From: Eledone cirrhosa | Lineage: Eukaryota | Assembly (NCBI GenBank): GCA_964016885.1 | Contig: OZ024755.1 | Coordinates: 42,780,001-42,844,000, forward strand | Direction of reading: 5' to 3' | Length of the DNA stretch: 64,000 nt | Shown: piece by piece, positions 13,247 through 25,392 of the stretch | How positions within the stretch are numbered: the stretch's first letter is position 1 | Layout of the letters: each line of letters starts with the position of its first letter | Notes under the pieces: model-generated | Databases searched by the model: none | What the model saw: only the letters and a program-made list of their open reading frames with translations | Told to the model about the DNA's origin: nothing | Program-made: the position numbers and the translations under genes

Positions 13247-13973
13247 GTATATACGTATTTTTTCCTTGTAAGTTCGGAAAAATTATAAACTGGAATAATT
13301 CTAAAATCGGGAAAATTTTTTATATCACTCAAATGATGCTATTGCATTGAGCACCCTTTTCACACTTCCAGTATCGATGGAAAATGGTGAGAGTAGTTTC
13401 TCAAAGCTGAAGCTTATAAAATTTTACATTCACTCTACAATGTTGCAAGAGAGTTTTGTTGACTTGCAATTTAAACGATAATAAAGCGATTATTAATCAT
13501 TGAAAGACTCAAAATAATAATACTATGGAATATTTTTACTTAGTTGGGTTAAGAGTATACTATTTTCCATTCCCGAGGGTATATTCTTAAGCGGACTCGA
13601 CTGTACCTGCGGGGCTAGACCGAGGGGGCGGGGAAAAGTCGGGTCCCATCACAATATTCCCGTTCCATGATAGTAAGGCCCCTTCACCTGAGGGGCAAAG
13701 GTAAAACCTGCAACGATACATTTTCTCAAACAAGAACCTGGTTAATTTCGAGCTCGACAAGTCTGTCATAATTCAATACACATCAGCAACCAACAGTATA
13801 TATATATATATATATATAGATATAGATTTTGAGTTTATGTTGGTTGTATACCAACACCTCTATATGCAGGCTGGAGCACTCGACGAGGTGCGCAGGTTGG
13901 TTTGGTTACTCCGGAGTAGTGTAAAATAAAGTTAAATAAAAAGTCAAATGATTAAAATTTAGCTTCGTTTATT

Positions 13974-14028
13974 ACTGCTATATATATTTCAGTGACAGCC
14001 ATCTTTGGCTGTGACCTCTTCAGGCAGT
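13974..14028 (-). ncRNA. Minimal type I hammerhead ribozyme inside an inverted-repeat insert (arms 13922-14006 / 14132-14216)
   Basis: Minus strand ACTGC-CTGAAGA-GGTCACAGCCA AAGA TGGCTGTCACT-GAAA-TATATA-TA-GCAGT: stem I, core, stem II and palindromic loop III. Confidence 0.85.
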
Positions 14029-14355
14029 TTGAATTAGTATGGAATGGACAAGTACATATGTTGTTTAGGTGTATAATATTGTCAATACTCTGATATGCCC
14101 AGTTCCTTGTTGGGTTGTTATTTCACTGAGGAAAGATGGCTGTCACTGAAATATATATAGCAGTAATAAACGAAGCTAAATTTTAATCATTTGACTTTTA
14201 TTTAACTTTATTTTATATAGATATATAATACCCTGTTGTATATCAATACTAGCTGCTTCCTACCTCTTTTATGGCAAAAGATAGACAGAGAGGGAAAGAG
14301 ATAGACAGAGGGAAAGATTTTGACACACATATATATATATATATATGTATTTTGG

Positions 14356-14394
<39 letters not shown>

Positions 14395-14767
14395 AGAAAG
14401 AAGAGAAAAAAAACGAGACCCCTAGAAACGAATAAGAGTCATCAAAGCGATCATATGTATTGCTTTAAACTGTAATGCGAAGGGATACACTAGTATTTGA
14501 GGTACCATCATTTGAGATTTTAACCCTCGGACTTTTCCCTCCGGGTTTTGAAATTTATGGAAAATTTAGGGGTGACTAGGAATATTACATAATGTAGGGA
14601 TTTTCTTTTCCTTTTCTATCATTTCTTATTTATGTATTTATTTATCTACTCTCGTGATTGATATTCCGACAAATGTTAGGGGTGTATTTTGGTCTTTTAT
14701 TATGTCAGGTATAGCATCCAAAAATTTCTCCCTTCTCCCAATATATATATATATATATATATATACA

Positions 14768-14850
14768 AACACAGTGTCCCCAAAAATGTATACACACTTC
14801 AACAGCAAAGTAATCAAAGTGTGTATATATTTTGGAGGGGACACCGTGTG
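14768..14850. mobile_element. Tiny Tc1/mariner-type MITE inside (TA)n
   Basis: CAGTGTCCCCAAAAATGTATACACACTT ... AAGTGTGTATATATTTTGGAGGGGACACCG imperfect TIRs. Confidence 0.6.
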
Positions 14851-15224
14851 TATATATATATATATATGTGTGTGTAACTAGTAAAACTGTAAAAACGCAG
14901 CGGTATATTCTAATTTGGCCCTTTTAAGGGCCACCTATATCTTCATTTAAGTAACTCCACTTACATCTATATGCTTTAATAAAAAAAAAAATAAAAAACG
15001 CGTGAAAAAAAAAAAATTTCATTTATGTAACTCCACTTACGCGTGGTAGAAATACGGAAATAAACGATGTTTTGCTTTCATCGGGTGCTTCGACTGACAG
15101 CTAATAACATTGTAGTGCCGGATATTGTTATAATAAAAAACACATTGTAACAACACAATCCTGGTATCATTCTTTGCATTGAAACCATCATACCAACAAT
15201 TCCATCTATTCGTTACACACCGTT

Positions 15225-15237
15225 ATGGAGGCCCGAG
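15225..15237 (+). CDS. ENGASE: ENGase candidate first coding exon (MEAR+G)
   Basis: ATGGAGGCCCGAG|GTAAGT. The phase-1 donor joins exon 2 in frame (G+AA = Glu). No homology support because it is only 13 nt. Confidence 0.55.
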
Positions 15238-15749
15238 GTAAGTTAACTTTTCTCTTTATAGTTTGTTTTGTTATAATCAAGACGAAAACTAGCGACCCTG
15301 ACTTGGCATGCCCATGTGATAATCAACTTATATTAGTTAATTAATTTGACAATAATACAACAAAAAACTCCCCAAAACAAACCCAACAGGTTCTATTTTT
15401 ACCTTGTCATTCCTATAAGTTCGATGCAATCAGTAAACACCATTAACTATAGTTTTTCCTTCGATCGGCAATATTTCTGTTTATGAAACAGCAAATTATT
15501 CCCGTGTCGAGAAAATTTCTGACGTGAATTCATTTGGTTAGTTTTGTTCGATTGTCTTGGTATTGTAAACCTTGCAGAGGAAGATGAGAGCATATAAACA
15601 GACTTTGTTTAGGGTACAGTTATTGAACACTGCTCCTGTAGATTGACGGTCAGGAATCTTAAGTATGGAAGGATATCAGAGATATAATCGAAATGACTTT
15701 AATTTTGAGTGTGTTTTTTTAATGAAAGGCATAAAAATGTACACTATAT

Positions 15750-15958
15750 AGCATGATACAGCTAATAGTTGTGCCCAAACCTGGAGTTTGTAGGTACAGG
15801 TATAAATAGGCGGCGCGGTGGGACTGGGGCAGAGCAAGCCCCTCCGAGTATATATATATACTCGGAGGGGCTTGCTCTGCCCCAGTCCCACCGCGCCGCC
15901 TATTTATACCTGTACCTACAAACTCCAGGTTTGGGCACAACTATTAGCTGTATCATGC
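15750..15958. repeat. Perfect GC-rich palindrome of about 208 bp centred on (TA)n
   Basis: GCATGATACAGCTAATAG...CCCTCCGAG TATATATATATA CTCGGAGGG...CTATTAGCTGTATCATGC. The ORF track shows identical ORFs on both strands. Confidence 0.95.
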
Positions 15959-16928
15959 CTCTATTGACACGTAAATAAACCCCTAATGTGTGATTTAATA
16001 GTATTCGTGGTATAGACGATGGCCTGTCGAAATTGTGGGGTTCCCGCTAGCGATCCCGGGGCCAAAGTTAGCTACGTTAGTACTCGGGAAAATTAATTTG
16101 CATTTCTTTCGCTGGACGATACCACTCGAGACTGGCTGACTCACGGTGGTGGGTGTGCTAGCTGGGACTCCCAATCGAAATCTTGGCGATTGAAGTAAGC
16201 AGCAACTGCAGCAAGTAAGCGGCATTTAGGCAGCTAAAATTGGATATCGCCGAAATCTTTACTCTATATCCCATCCTAATATCTTATCGAGTTAATTAAA
16301 AAAATTTTTTTTCATATAAGATTCTCTCCGTAAGTTCGTTAAATAAATAAATCTCGCCACCTCTATTTTTCAATTTACCATTTTGCAATATAATATTTTA
16401 AATTTATTTCATCCTATAACTCGCAACATAAGTTTAGCGTTCCAATCTTCGGTTCACACCCACTATAGAGACCATACAGACACCCACTATAGATTCTTTG
16501 GGTAGCATTTTTTTCGCGGCATTTTCTAACATGAATGTAGTTTGACCCTTACACTACACTTCCTTCTCCCTTTCTTTCTTTCTTCCTCTTCTTCTTTGAC
16601 GGAGTGGTGGTAGTACATGATAGGCCTGCGCCCCCTTACCAGATATTCACTGGTAGTTTCCGGTTGTCAACACTTTGAGGGTGGCGGGCTGTGAAGCTAG
16701 TTGGTCAGCCGCCCTCTCTGTCTCTTGTTTCTCGGACCCATGGCTTTTTACATATTCCTTTGTTATATTCCAATACCTGATGATATCACCGAATTCATAT
16801 GGAACCCGGTCATTGAAATGATCATAGTATAATAAACCTTTCAAGGATTTACACCAGTCCAGCCTCCTGTTATTTCATTTATATATATAAACAAATTCAG
16901 AAACGATATATATATATATATATATATA

Positions 16929-17373
16929 TAAAATACGTAGTTAAGAAAGCCACAACAATGCAGAGGGAAATCTCGAGGTAGGAAGTGAAAGATAGATAGG
17001 AAAAACAGGTGAAAGTGAAAATTGAGAGAGACAAAGATGAAAACAAAACAAAGGTAGAAGGGTTACCGTAGTAGAGATTTAATCCCAATATTTCGGGCTC
17101 ACGCCCATCAACGGGGGAAAGTTCCAGTCTTAACGACATCACAACTTTCTCCGCTTGGCCTGTTCCCCCCCCCCTTTTGGAACTTTCCCCCGTTGATGGG
17201 CGTGAGCCCGAAATATTGGGATTAAATCTCTACTACGGTAACCCTTCTACCTTTGTTTTGTTTTCATCTTTGTCTCTCAATTTTCACTTTCACCTGTTTT
17301 TCCTATCTATCTTTCACTTCCTACCTCGAGATTTCCCTCTGCATTGTTGTGGCTTTCTTAACTACGTATTTTA
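16929..17373. mobile_element. Fold-back insert between (TA)n tracts (arms 16929-17126 / 17178-17373), probably an inverted PLE pseudo-LTR with a variant hammerhead core
   Basis: About 195-bp inverted arms. Each contains TTGAT-GGGC GTGA GCCC-GAAA-TATT-GGGA. Confidence 0.7.
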
Positions 17374-17544
17374 CACATTTCACAATGCTTCAAGCAAACT
17401 TTAACACCCTCATATATATATATATATATATATTGTTATACTTTGGGAGGGTCATGTTGCCAATAAGAAACACACGCACCATGCTTTCACTTCAATTTAT
17501 TATAATAAATTTATAAATTTAGGAATTTATAAATTTCCGGTTGG

Positions 17545-19396
17545 TTGGTTGGTTCCACAACCAGACGATTGTTCATATATTGTCAAAGTTCTTTCGTCAC
17601 ACATTCTGTGACCTCTTCAGTGACTGGGGATTCTTTTCTTTGTTTTTGTGCCTCTCCTTTGTTCTGTCCTACGCCATTTTGTTTCTGTGTGTGTGTTGTG
17701 TGCTTAGTTTGCGCATGTGTTACATCCGGGTGTCTGTATGTGTTTATATTTGTTTATTTACATGTTACTGGTTGGTTGTTTGTTCTATGTGTGTGTGTGT
17801 TTTCATTTTGTCCTTAATTGTAAGTTGTGATGTTGCTATTCCATTCATGCTTTCTATTTAATTTTGGTTGGAGTTCATTTATGTTTATTGCCTCTGTGAT
17901 TTGTCTAAACATTGCGTCTTTTCTGTGTGTAGATTCTATTTTTATTTCTATGTTCTTTAATTTACCCTTATGTACTATTTTAGCATGTTGGTAGAATACA
18001 GATGATTCTTTACTATCTTTAAGGTCTCGCCAGTGTTCATTTATCCGTTCCCCTACACTACGAGCTGTCTCACCTATGTACACTATATTTTTGTCTCTAC
18101 ATTGTCCTTCAGTACATCTTATGCTATATACTACATTTCGAGTTTTACAGTTAATGTGGGGGCTTAATTTATAGGTTATACATTTCTTATCTATACAGGG
18201 GGGTCTTTGAAAAGGGTATGTCTTGCTAATAAGTGTTTTTATCGAGGTACCTGGTCTTTCTACTATCTTAATATTGAGTTTATGTTTATCTAGGGCCCTT
18301 CTAAATTTGTAAGCTAATTCACCTCTAGGGGTTGTATCGATGAACATTACACTCTAGTATTTATTGCTATCATACCATGAGTTTATTCTATAACCTTATT
18401 CCTAGTTCTTTCTATTCTATTCCAAAATTTGCTCCTATACAAAGGGCAGGTCCCATTTGTGTCATTATTTACCATTTTTTCCCATTTGGTTCTGGCTCCT
18501 CTATACACTCTGATTTTATCTCTCTGATTGTAGCCAGAGAACTGCATACGGTGGATGAAGTGTTGTATGTGTCTCTCTAGTTCTTTGGGGTTGCACATGC
18601 GAGACACGTTTCTCATCACCCGTACCAAATCCGCAATCAGTATGTTGATTTTGGTGTGGTCCGAAACAGCTGAGTTTCGGTGGATCAGATATTTGGAAGT
18701 CATGGGTTTGGCATAATGGAAATGGAGGATTTGTTTTTTGTTATTAATGGTATCTAACCAGAGCTCTGTGTCCAGTACAGGTAATCGATGGTTGGGGTGT
18801 TTACTTGGGTAGTCTATAGTAACTCTAATACTCTGGTGGATGGAGTTTGCTATTTGCTGGATGCTTTCCATTGTGTTTTTCTCTAATTCCTGACTGTTCT
18901 CTAGTGGGGGGGTTTTAACTACGATGTTTATATCATCAACGTAGCGGGAGTACATTATCAGGGTTAAGGGGTCTTCTAATTGTTCTTTAAGTTTAAGTCT
19001 ACTGTCCCACCATACCATGAATAAGTTAGCTATGTCGCCTGCAATGCTAACACCAATGGCTGCTCCTTCCTCTTGGGCATACGTTTTTCCATTAAATTTG
19101 AACATATGTTCCTTAAGGGTTAATTTTATGCTGGCCCCCACCGCATGTGCAATCATTTTCTTCAGTTCATCATGGTTTTCGGGTGTCCGTATGGCTTTGG
19201 TCCACCCGTTCCATCTATCTGTGTGGGTTTTCTTGGCCATTGAGGTAATGGTAGGTGGTCTGCCTCTTGCTGGTCTTGTAGGGCACAGGTTGCTAAGGTC
19301 ATATGTGTCTAGGTAATTATTACTATAGGTAAGTTTAAGTAGGAGTCCCATCTCACTGGTATCAATCCCATGGAACTCAACATTGCTCTCACTGAT

Positions 19397-19397
<1 letters not shown>
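17545..19397 (-). mobile_element. 5'-truncated Penelope-like element (RT + GIY-YIG endonuclease)
   Basis: ORF 18383-19351 has QEEGAAIG, YSRYVDD and LPVLD; ORF 17814-18347 has NVVYSIRC...VYIGETARSVGERINEH...ITEAINI...LN. The 5' end abuts (TA)n. Confidence 0.92.
17582..17624 (-). ncRNA. Hammerhead ribozyme motif in the 3' pseudo-LTR of the Penelope-like element
   Basis: Minus strand GTCA-CTGAAGA-GGTCACA GAATG TGTGAC-GAAA-GAAC-TT-TGAC. Confidence 0.7.
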
Positions 19398-19427
<30 letters not shown>

Positions 19428-21341
19428 GTAGAACACTGTAGCGTAATATCCGTCGTAGTGGTAGAGCACTCAGTCCATGGGACGAGTTAGGTGGAAGTAG
19501 TAACACAGCAGTTATTTCACCATACCGAGAACGATTGTTTCACCTTAGCGGATCTTCTGGAGAAGACACACATTCAATCACAACTCACAAGGGAGACTTG
19601 AGTTTCCCCTCTAATAATTTTTGGGGCAAGCCAACACATTCACAGCATTCCTGCAGGTGATAGCGGGGCTAAGACACTGGAACAACCAAGCACCCTCACA
19701 GATATCACCGGATACATTGGTTAGGCGAGTCATCAACAATGACAAGAATTTTGTTATCAGCGGCGCCCAGCTTCCCCAAACACCTCGAATGCCACAGGCC
19801 GTAAAAAATAGTTTGCCGATAATTCCTGGTATTTTAGCATTTTATTCCGTTTGGCTACAAATGCGAGGATCTTCATCCTCGTTGCAATATCCAGGATACG
19901 AGAAGGAGCAATAGTGTCACTGACTATGACGTCCTAAATGAGACATCTACCTTTTACTCAGAGGTATATGGTAAGACCATCTGGTCTCATCAACCTTGAA
20001 CAATCTAACTAGCTCCAAAATTAAGGAGATATTGACTCGAACAAAGACTTACTTGATAATTATGTTCAGCTTGGTATGATGACCAAAGCAGTTTCTGTTC
20101 AGATGGCAAGACATTCAATGAAGACCCGTGTGTATACTTAGGTATCATCATCACCATCATCATTTAACGCCCATTTTCCATACTTGCATGGGTTAGACTG
20201 GTTGTCACATTATGAGGCAAGTCAGGTTAGGTGACCATGTCTTGCCCATACAGATCTGTATTTTGGCTTGGTTTCGAAAGCTGGATGCCCTTCTTAACAC
20301 CAACCACATTACAGTGTGGTATGTGAATAGATCAATGCTACTATGCAGAGCTCATCCAAACTGAGTAGGCTATATATGTTGACCACAAGCACAACATAAA
20401 CCCAGACTCCCGACAATTTGGTACTCATAGAAAGTAATCGGCACTTTGAGAAATGATTGGATTGGTTAAAGAGAGGTGAATGTATGTTATCTCAGACTCT
20501 CTGTATCAATCTCTCCTGCATCTAAAACTGACAAACCCAGATCCCTCCACTAGTAGGCTTCACTCACCTTCATGTTAGAGTCCCATGTTGGAAAGGAGAG
20601 GCTGTTACCCAACAGAGTGGAGTAAGCAGGGATGGAAGAAACAGGGAAAAGACAGAGACGCGCATTTACATAGTCCTAGAGCCCTAAATCATATTGTAAA
20701 TACTCTTATTATAGAAATACAGGAGCTGTAAACAGTGCCTAACTTGTCTTCCTTCACATAAAGTTTTCCTAAACTTAACAGTCCTTTAGCTTCCAAACTC
20801 TCCTCTAAATGTTTCCTCTTCAGTCTTGTCCTTAATCCTGATATTGCTAATGACTTAGGCAGAGTATTCTTCTCTGGGGAAGGTCTTCCAACCTCTATCA
20901 CCATCAACATTTTATCCATGCTTCTTTCCATGTGTGATGAGTACAAAACGTGATGGGGCGCAGGTGTCTAGCCCACACTTTAACGAGGAAAAAGACGTTA
21001 AAATGCTTATTGTTTTCCATACTTGTTTCTCAAATTGAATTCTGTCAAATTTAGTTTGCATCACAACACAGTGTTTGTGGACCTATCTATATCTCTCTCC
21101 TGATTCACCTCTGTCTATCCATATTAGTAAAGACTATACTTCACTGAGGAGGTCTAATAAGATCAAAACATGCCCATAGTTGTTACATTATTGTCAAGAC
21201 AAACACTTTACTGCATTGCCTACATTATCCTAGTTTATTTATAGGGTTGCTTCCCTTGTCTTTTATTTTTTTTACCAGAATTGATTTTTTTCTTGCCCTG
21301 TGTATAAATGTAATTCTACTTCATCGATGTCATTCTAACAG

Positions 21342-21522
21342 AATATGAAAAAGATCTTCCTACCTGTTCGCCAATTAAAACTCTACAGCAGTTACTGGCA
21401 TGGAGCCCACAGTCAGACAGTTTGTGTGTGTCCAAACAGCCTCTGTTGCCTCGTGTTTGCCAGTCCAGTCACCCTTTCACATTGGTTTGCCATGATATGA
21501 AGTCCGGCTATTTAGAAGACAA
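21342..21522 (+). CDS. ENGASE: ENGase (GH85) exon 2
   Basis: CAG|...AA|GTATGT. Translates EYEKDLPTCSPIKTLQQLLAW...TLVCHDMKSGYLEDK, matching the ENGase CHDMxGGY region. Confidence 0.9.
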
Positions 21523-21618
21523 GTATGTATTATTTATTGTGTCTTGGAGAATTGGCAGAATTGTTTGAGCCACAACATTCTGTTGAATGATCTGAGCACT
21601 GGAACCAGAGATCCATCT

Positions 21619-22100
21619 GGTGATAGTGATAGTGATGGTGGTGGTAGTGGTGGTGATGGTGGTTGTGGTGGTGATGGTGGTAGTACTGGTGGTGGTGGTG
21701 GTGGTAGTAGTGGTGGTGGTGGTGATGGTGGTGGTGGTAGTACTGGTGGTGGTGGTGGTGGTAGTGATGGTGGTGGTGGTAGTGGTGGTGGTGGTGATGG
21801 TGGTGGTGGTGGTGATGGTGGTAGTACTGGTGGTGGTGGTGGTGGTGGTAGTGATGATGGTGGTGGTAGTGATGGTGGTGGTGGTGGTAGTAGTAATGGT
21901 GGTGGTGGTGGTGGTGGTAGTAGTAGTAGTGGTGGTGGTGGTGGTAGTAGTGATGGTGGTAGTGGTGGTGGTGTGGGGGGCAGTAGTGATGGTGGTGGTG
22001 GTGGTAGTAGTGATGGTGGTAGTGGTGATGGTGGTGGTGGTGGTAGTGGTCGTGATGGTGGTGTTGATGGTGGTGGTGGTGTTGGTGGTGGTAGTGGTGG
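21619..22100. repeat. Imperfect (GGT/GAT/AGT)n trinucleotide tract
   Basis: Direct inspection. Confidence 0.95.
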
Positions 22101-22169
22101 TATATATCCACCCTAGCATATGACTGGGACTTTATTTTATTGATATTGGAAGGATGAATGGTAAAATTG

Positions 22170-22355
22170 ACCATGACCACCTCCACTACCACCACCATCA
22201 CCATCATCCCCACCACTTCCACTACCACCACAATCATCCCCACCACAATCACCACCTCCACTACCACCACAATCATCCCCACCACCATCACCACCTCCAC
22301 TACCACCACACTCATCCCCACCACCATTATCACCTCCATCACCATCACTACCACT
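22170..22355. repeat. Imperfect (CCA/CAT)n tract, complementary to the upstream (GGT)n tract
   Basis: Direct inspection. Confidence 0.92.
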
Positions 22356-22381
22356 GTTATTCCTCAATTGTCTATACCTAG

Positions 22382-22530
22382 GTACCTTCAGAGTATCCAG
22401 AAAAAAGATGGTTACCGTTTCTTCAATTGGCAGTACGTGGACCTATTTGTGTATTTCAGTCATCATTTTGTCACCATCCCACCTGTTGGCTGGGTCTCTG
22501 CTGCCCATTGTAACCGTGTCCCCATTCTAG
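22382..22530 (+). CDS. ENGASE: ENGase exon 3
   Basis: TAG|...G|GTAAGT. YRFFNWQYVDLFVYFSHHFVTIPPVGWVSAAHCNRVPILG is a GH85 hallmark. Confidence 0.95.
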
Positions 22531-22697
22531 GTAAGTCCTCGTTTACAAGACATTAGTTTCTTTTTACTGGTTTCAGTGATTAGCCACTACAGTTTCATGA
22601 GACTCGGCTGGGTTTATCTGTCAAACTGTTGAAAACTTTCTCCACAATGAAATCAAATTATACAGTTTATCTAAAAATTGCACAAAATATTAATAAT

Positions 22698-22890
22698 AAT
22701 TGTTTCTACTCTTTGGTACAAGGCCAGCAATTATCCCAGTGCATTACTGGTACTTTATTTTATCGACCCCGTAAGGATGAAAGGCAAAGTTAACCTCGGC
22801 GGAATTTGAACTCAGACCGTAAAGGGCCGTAACTCTACACTGCATAGCATAGCGTCCGACTCTCCACCGATACTGCCAATCCACCGCCCT
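22698..22890 (-). mobile_element. tRNA-derived SINE; partial copies near 10655, 22920, 23230, 42840 (+) and 47120
   Basis: Minus strand A-box-like TGGCAGTATCGG, B-box GAGTTCAAATTCC, conserved core GCCTTTCATCC..GGGGTCGATAAAATAAAGTACCAG and a (TTA)n tail. Confidence 0.8.
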
Positions 22891-24186
22891 ATAATATTAA
22901 TATTATAAAATATTAATAATAATGGTTTCTGACTTAGGCCCGAGGCCCTCAGTTTTGGGGGGACGGGAAAGTCGATTAAATCGACCCCAGTGTGTTAATG
23001 GTGTTTTATTTTATCGAACCTGACTGATCTAAAAAAGAAATAAAAGGGGAAGAATCTGATCTGAACAGATCAGACTGAAGACATTTGCTGTTCTTTCCAT
23101 TGCTGTTACTATTGGTCTAAACTCCTGGCAGAAGTCTTTCAGGATTTCACCTTGGACAGCACTAATTTGAACAGATACAGCAAAGCATCCTGTTTTAGTT
23201 CTTTCACAAATTTGTCAGCCCACAGTCCCTAGAGAAGTACTTTATTTATCATGCCTGAAAGGCAAAGCTAACCTCGGTGGGATTTGAAATCAAAACATAA
23301 AGGGTTGTAACTCTATAGGGCAAAGCATGGTTTCCGATGCACTACCGATTCTACCGCTAATCCACTGTTCTTAAAAGACACTCTACTGATATTGTTAATC
23401 AACCTCTTAATTACAAACCACATGAAACCACCCCTGGTTCTAACATACAAAGCTGTTTATTTTACTATCTTTACAAACTTTCCAACATAATTTTATGTAC
23501 TCTTGTGTCTCCAATAATCGTCCCCCCTACTTATTGAATTTTGCTAATCTATCTCTGGCAAAATTTTATTTTAAGTGGTAGCATTCCTGTGATAATTAAT
23601 TTTCTTTAGACATTAAAAACATACATGACGAAAAAGAACATTACTAGAAACCCCATTTGTTATAAAATAAATAGGATGAGTTGAGGTCTCAATATGTAAG
23701 CTAAATGACTAATTCTAGTTTTTAAAAATAATCAAGGGAGATAACCTAGAAAAATTACCGATTTTCCACCCCACAGATATTCCACCTCCCTATTATTAAG
23801 ACCTGAGAGTAAGAACATTTGTTATATTCCAAACACCAAATTAATAATGAAAAAGTTATTTTACTAAATATTTCCAAATTCATGACTATTTTTAAAATAG
23901 TTTGAAACTAATCGGTAGTGTCTTTACAGAGTGTACTGGGTGCATTATATCATGGCAAGAGCACTAGGAAGATTGTTTCTATTTCATAGCCAACCACTTG
24001 ACAGAGTGTACTGTGTGCATTTTATCTTGGCAAAATCGCTAGAGGCGTTGTTATGCCCTTTGTAAGACTAAAACATCCTCTCATTTATATTAATTTAAGA
24101 GCAAGGTTTGTCTTTTTGTCAGCCACACCAACTTCTTTTGTATGAAAACTTCTGCTAACTGAATGATGGTTTCTGTCTTCCCTCAG

Positions 24187-24341
24187 GCACCATGATAACT
24201 GAAAACAATGAAGGATTTCAAATCTGCAAAGAGCTTCTATTTTCACAGAAAAATTATGAAAACGTTGCACAGAAGTTAGTTGAAATTGCTAAATTTTACA
24301 ACATGGATGGTTGGCTATTAAATATTGAAAATGCTATCCAG
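24187..24341 (+). CDS. ENGASE: ENGase exon 4 (catalytic N-x-E motif)
   Basis: CAG|...CAG|GTATGT. GTMITE...AKFYNMDGWLLNIENAIQ. Confidence 0.95.
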
Positions 24342-24609
24342 GTATGTTATTATCCAGGTATATTATTTTTGTTTGCTTAATCAGAATACCTAAACACTCT
24401 TGATATCAAAACTTTCCTTCATTCTATCATACAAACCTATTTGTTTTAAAATGTTTATATTTCTCTAAAAACCTTTCATCATAATTTTATGTTAGAACCT
24501 TTATGTTACAAACACCAGCTTAATAAAAAGAAAATTGACTATTTTTCTAAATCCATTCAAATTCATTAGCAATATGGTGACAAAGGGGTTGTCAGGAGTT
24601 TATTGAACC

Positions 24610-25392
24610 TGTTCAGGTCAATTTAACTCAGTTCAGGTTAATTTAACTCAGTTCAGCTCCATTCAGCATTACTCAGTTTGGTTTGTAATGACTCAGTTTA
24701 AGTTTAGCTCAGAGTATAGTTAGCTTAACCAAGGTTGGTTTGTAATTGCTCAACTCAGGTTGGTCTAGCTTGGCTCAACTTAGGTTGGTCTAGGTTTGCT
24801 CAACTCAGGTTGGTCTAACTTTGCTCAACTCAGGTTGGTCTAACTTGGCTCAACTCATGTTGGTCTAGGTTTGGCTCAACTCAGGTTGGTCTAGGTTTGG
24901 CTCAACTCAGGTTTGTTCAGATTGGCTCAACTTAGGTTGGATCAACTCAGGTTTGTCCAGATTAGCTCAGCTCAAGTTGGTATAGGTTGGCTCAAATTAG
25001 GTTGGTTGTGGTTGGCTTAACTCAGATTGATCAAGATTGGCTCAAATTAGGTTGGTGCAGATTGGCTCACCTTAGGTTGGTCTAAGTTGGCTCAGCTTAG
25101 GTTGGTCCATATTGACTCAACTCAAGTCAGTCTTGGTTGGCTCAACTCAGGTTGGTGTAGGTTGACTCAACTAAGGTTGGTCAAGATTGGCTCAACTCCG
25201 GTTGGTCCAAATTAGCTCAACTCCGGTTGGTCCAAATTAGCTCAACTCAGATTGGTCGAGATGGACACATCTCAAGTTGGATTAGGTTTGCTCAATTTTG
25301 GTCGGTCTAGGTTGTATCAGTTCAGGTTGGTTTGGATTTATCCAGCTCAAGTTTTTCTAAGTTGGCTCAGGTAAGGTTGAATTTGATTGGCT
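24610..25392. repeat. Degenerate ~25-bp satellite (GGCTCAACTCAGGTTGGTCTAGGTT)
   Basis: Recurring GCTCAACTCAGGTTGG roughly every 25 bp. Confidence 0.85.

Noticed and set aside
21508-22381. Poly-Thr, -His, -Gly and -Val ORFs
   Set aside because: They are translations of trinucleotide repeats inside ENGase intron 2.
22790-22890. tRNA gene
   Set aside because: The A and B boxes belong to a SINE head. There is no cloverleaf, and a SINE core and tail follow.
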